From an uncultured Spirochaetaceae bacterium (GTDB lineage: Bacteria > Spirochaetota > Spirochaetia > SZUA-6 > RPPD01), in assembly GCA_964634205.1 (NCBI GenBank), contig CAZWKE010000001.1, positions 33,325-97,324 on the forward strand: DNA of 64,000 nucleotides, given 5' to 3'. The position numbers were made by a program, and so were the translations under genes. Below are positions 60,901 through 64,000 of this stretch, piece after piece; the first letter of the stretch is position 1, and each line of letters begins with the position of its first letter. The notes under the pieces are model-generated. The model saw only the letters and a list, made by a program, of their open reading frames with translations. It searched no databases and was not told the origin of the DNA.

Positions 60901-63900
60901 ATGAGATTTGTGAATTTATTACGTATTTGCCTGCTGGCAGGTTTTCTGTTGACCGGGGTGTATGGTTTTGCGCAGGCGGCAGACGACGCTGCCGCCGGTA
61001 AAACAACGGGAAAATACGATCCTATTTTTCCGGATGAAAATAAAAACCTTATTTTTATAGAGGGTGAGCATGCCGTGGCCACCAATTTCTATAAGGAACC
61101 GATTAAAAACTTCGGCTGTTCGGGTAAAAAAAGCCTGCAGCTGAACAAGGCCACCGCGTTACAGGGTGGGGCTGCCTATTACGCCGACTTTCTGTTTTAC
61201 GCGGAAGAGGCCGGAACATATGAATTGTGGTACGGCGGAACCCCGCCGGGACCCCGGGGGGAAGACCTTGAATCCTATTCTTCTCCCTTTACCTATATCA
61301 TCGATGACACTACCAAAGTTAATGTTTATAGAAGAAAGATGGTGGTGGTTGATCAGTATACTCCTTCGTATTACTGGAACATGGTGGGTCCGGTCAGGTT
61401 GTCAAAAGGCAGACATAAAATACGCTTTCAGGTAAGTGAACGGCGCCGGTACGACGGCCGTTATTACTTTTACCTGGATTGTTTTTTCTTTGTAAGGGGT
61501 GCGGTGGGTAAGCCGGTACCGGAAGTGTTCCCCAAGAACATGAATAAAAGAAGTATCAACAGGCCCTTTCTGGCAATCGAAGAATATCTGAAAAGAATTA
61601 ACCAACGGCCGAACCAGATAGCACCGTATATTGAAGTTTCCATGGTTTTTTCACTCATAAGCGATTACCTGAGTGCCTTGAAATACCTGAAGAGAGCCCG
61701 GGCTTTGGACAGGAACAATTTGGAGGTATTGCTGCTTATCGCCAAAAATACCATCTGGGACGGTAACGTGGAGGATGGGTTACAGGCCTATCGGGAGTTA
61801 CTGGCCCTGGATCCCAAGCGCTACGATGTCTGGCTGGAGGCGGGCAAGGTGGCGGCCTGGACCGGGCGCTACCAGGACTCGATTGAGTTTTTCAAGCAGG
61901 GTCTGGAGCAGTACCCTGATGATATCGGTCTGCGCCTGAATTGGGGAATTACACTGGAATGGTCCGGAAAGGTGCGGGAGGCCGAAGGCATCTATAATCA
62001 GGTGATGGAACAGGCCAAGGGGGACAGGAAACTCCTTCTTAAGCTGGCCCGTGAATATGAAATAAACGGGTATCCAAAGCGGGCCGAGGCTGTTTACGGT
62101 TATATGCAGGACCAATTTCCGCAGTATCTTGAGTCGTACATCGGCCAGCAGGAGCTGTACAGTAACAGCGGAGAAACCGAGAAAGCGGCCGAGGTCAGCA
62201 AGAAAATCAGGGAACGTTTTAACGAATCCGCCAAATTAAACGCCTATCTGGCCATCCAAAAGGAAAAACAGGGATTACGGGAAGCATTGCTGGCCCAATA
62301 CCGGAAGGAGCTTGAGCGTAATCCGGACAACCTTGATTTACGCGAGCTTCTGGCCCAGACACTTTTCTGGAACGGAATGGTAAGAGACGCGGTAAACGAA
62401 TATCTAAATATTATTACAAATCATACCTATCGGGAAATTAAAGGTTCGGACAGCCGGGCGTTTTCCCTGCTGGAGTCGCTGGACAAGCTCTATATCTTAT
62501 ACACCTATTTCAATAATATTCCGCATGTGGCTGCGGACAAGAAGAATGAGGTTGATAAACAGTTGGCGGTTCTGCAGCGTACCACGGCGGACTCTAATGA
62601 CGTGACGGCCCAGATAGACTCCACGCAGCAGGATATCGAGTCCTTGCGCTCTTCCCTGACCGGTGAAAAGGGAAATGACGACAAGGTCAATGCTTCCATT
62701 GCCAAGCTGCAGGAGACATTAAAGGAGCTGCAGCAGCAGAAGACCGAATTGAGTAAGAAGATGATCGAGGATAAAAATCTTGTCGGTGAAAAGATAAAAG
62801 AGGGTTATGCGTATTTTGAACGTTATACCGAAGCGGTCTCCGCGCTTGAGGAGCTGATAAAAGGAACCGGGACCATCGCCCAATCCGAGGACAAGGAACA
62901 GCAGACCTTTGAAAAGGTGAAAGAGACGACCACCTGGAAATGGGACAAACCGCTGGTGATGGGAGAGCTGCGGCAGCTGGAATCGCAAAAACTTTTTCTG
63001 GCCAAGTATATCATCGCCAAAATTGCGCAGTCGGAAAAGCGTTACGGTGATGCGGAAAACCAGATAAAGGATAAAGTACAAAATGAAAAGACCGTCCAGC
63101 CCGAAACCAAATATCTCTACCTGGAAACACTGATCTGGCAGGGCAAGGGCAGGGACGCGCTTACCTATATGGATAAAGAACTCGGCTCAATCAGTGAATA
63201 CGCGCCGTATGCCGGAGACGTGAAGAATTTTCTGGTAAAATACGCGGCGGTGGGCAAATACACAGGCAGGGTAAGCGATGATTATGCGCAGGAACTGCAA
63301 AACCTTGCCGACAAGTTCTCGGGGATTATTTCAGAAGCAAACAGCAACAGGCAGCGAACCGCGGATACCATCGATCAGCTGATCGACCTGTACCACCAAC
63401 GGCTGGTGCGCGCCTTTTTTTACAATCAGCAGAACACCTATTTGCTGCGCAATGAACTGGGAAAATTCTACCTTCAGGACAAAAATCTGAACGCGGCCAT
63501 CAGCCAGTTCAAACAGGTGTTGGATATGGACCCGAATGACATCGCCGCCGTCTACCAGTTGGGCCTGGTGTACCGCTGGAAAGGGAACTGGAGCGCGGCC
63601 ATGAATCAGTTTAAGCGTGTCTATGATAATGATCCCACCTATGAGCAGGCCGCGGCCTTTTATAACGACCTGGCACGCCAGCACTGTGACCTGGTGCAGT
63701 ATGCCTTTAAATATGTGGCGGAAACAGCCAACTATATTGAGACAACCGGCGCGGCTTCATCAAGGGAAAACACACTGGATTTTACCCACCCCTTTGATAC
63801 CACATTCGCGCTGAGAGCCGCCTATAATCTCGATTATTTTACTTATTACAAGGTCTGGGACGCGGGCGGGCAGCCCTATACCTATAATTATCATGATCTG

Positions 63901-64000
63901 CTGCTCGGTCTTTCCTATTATAATCTGGACTGGGGGCTGCGCATCACCCCGTTTGTGGGCGCCAAACTGCTGTTGAAGGACGCGTTCTATAGAACCATGC
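60901..64000 (+). CDS. Large exported TPR/coiled-coil protein with a probable C-terminal beta-barrel; partial, runs off the window (not in the ORF track)
   Basis: Manual translation shows no stop for 1033 codons: signal peptide, beta-sandwich-like N-terminal domain, TPRs, coiled coil, more TPRs, then aromatic alternating strands. Confidence 0.85.
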   Translation, partial: MRFVNLLRICLLAGFLLTGVYGFAQAADDAAAGKTTGKYDPIFPDENKNLIFIEGEHAVATNFYKEPIKNFGCSGKKSLQLNKATALQGGAAYYADFLFYAEEAGTYELWYGGTPPGPRGEDLESYSSPFTYIIDDTTKVNVYRRKMVVVDQYTPSYYWNMVGPVRLSKGRHKIRFQVSERRRYDGRYYFYLDCFFFVRGAVGKPVPEVFPKNMNKRSINRPFLAIEEYLKRINQRPNQIAPYIEVSMVFSLISDYLSALKYLKRARALDRNNLEVLLLIAKNTIWDGNVEDGLQAYRELLALDPKRYDVWLEAGKVAAWTGRYQDSIEFFKQGLEQYPDDIGLRLNWGITLEWSGKVREAEGIYNQVMEQAKGDRKLLLKLAREYEINGYPKRAEAVYGYMQDQFPQYLESYIGQQELYSNSGETEKAAEVSKKIRERFNESAKLNAYLAIQKEKQGLREALLAQYRKELERNPDNLDLRELLAQTLFWNGMVRDAVNEYLNIITNHTYREIKGSDSRAFSLLESLDKLYILYTYFNNIPHVAADKKNEVDKQLAVLQRTTADSNDVTAQIDSTQQDIESLRSSLTGEKGNDDKVNASIAKLQETLKELQQQKTELSKKMIEDKNLVGEKIKEGYAYFERYTEAVSALEELIKGTGTIAQSEDKEQQTFEKVKETTTWKWDKPLVMGELRQLESQKLFLAKYIIAKIAQSEKRYGDAENQIKDKVQNEKTVQPETKYLYLETLIWQGKGRDALTYMDKELGSISEYAPYAGDVKNFLVKYAAVGKYTGRVSDDYAQELQNLADKFSGIISEANSNRQRTADTIDQLIDLYHQRLVRAFFYNQQNTYLLRNELGKFYLQDKNLNAAISQFKQVLDMDPNDIAAVYQLGLVYRWKGNWSAAMNQFKRVYDNDPTYEQAAAFYNDLARQHCDLVQYAFKYVAETANYIETTGAASSRENTLDFTHPFDTTFALRAAYNLDYFTYYKVWDAGGQPYTYNYHDLLLGLSYYNLDWGLRITPFVGAKLLLKDAFYRTM

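Overview
Core chromosomal window around the replication origin of a probable free-living or uncultured spirochaete (inferred from the archaeal-type PheRS, the fliS-flgN-polA-coaE and dnaA-dnaN-recF-dciA-rpmH-rnpA-yidD-yidC-jag gene orders, and tRNA-Arg(GCG)). It holds replication, translation and flagellar housekeeping genes, an alpha-2-macroglobulin/pbpC pair, c-di-GMP-type signalling genes (GAF-HD-GYP, degenerate PilZ-like, HDOD), larB with a degenerate larC, 7 tRNAs, SRP RNA, a bipartite oriC with DnaA boxes and DnaA-trios, a perfect parS and one intact IS. Two genes are missing from the ORF track: rpmH, and a >1030-aa TPR/possible beta-barrel protein that runs off the right edge. The most striking observation is a 141-nt tRNA-Ser(CGA) with an intact cloverleaf but a 72-nt, rod-like variable arm. 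Also notable: an IS apparently inserted into the TA of the gyrA stop codon, two solo copies of its ends elsewhere, and an E. coli-type A AAA AAG slippery site in dnaX. All calls were made by eye; no database searches were run.
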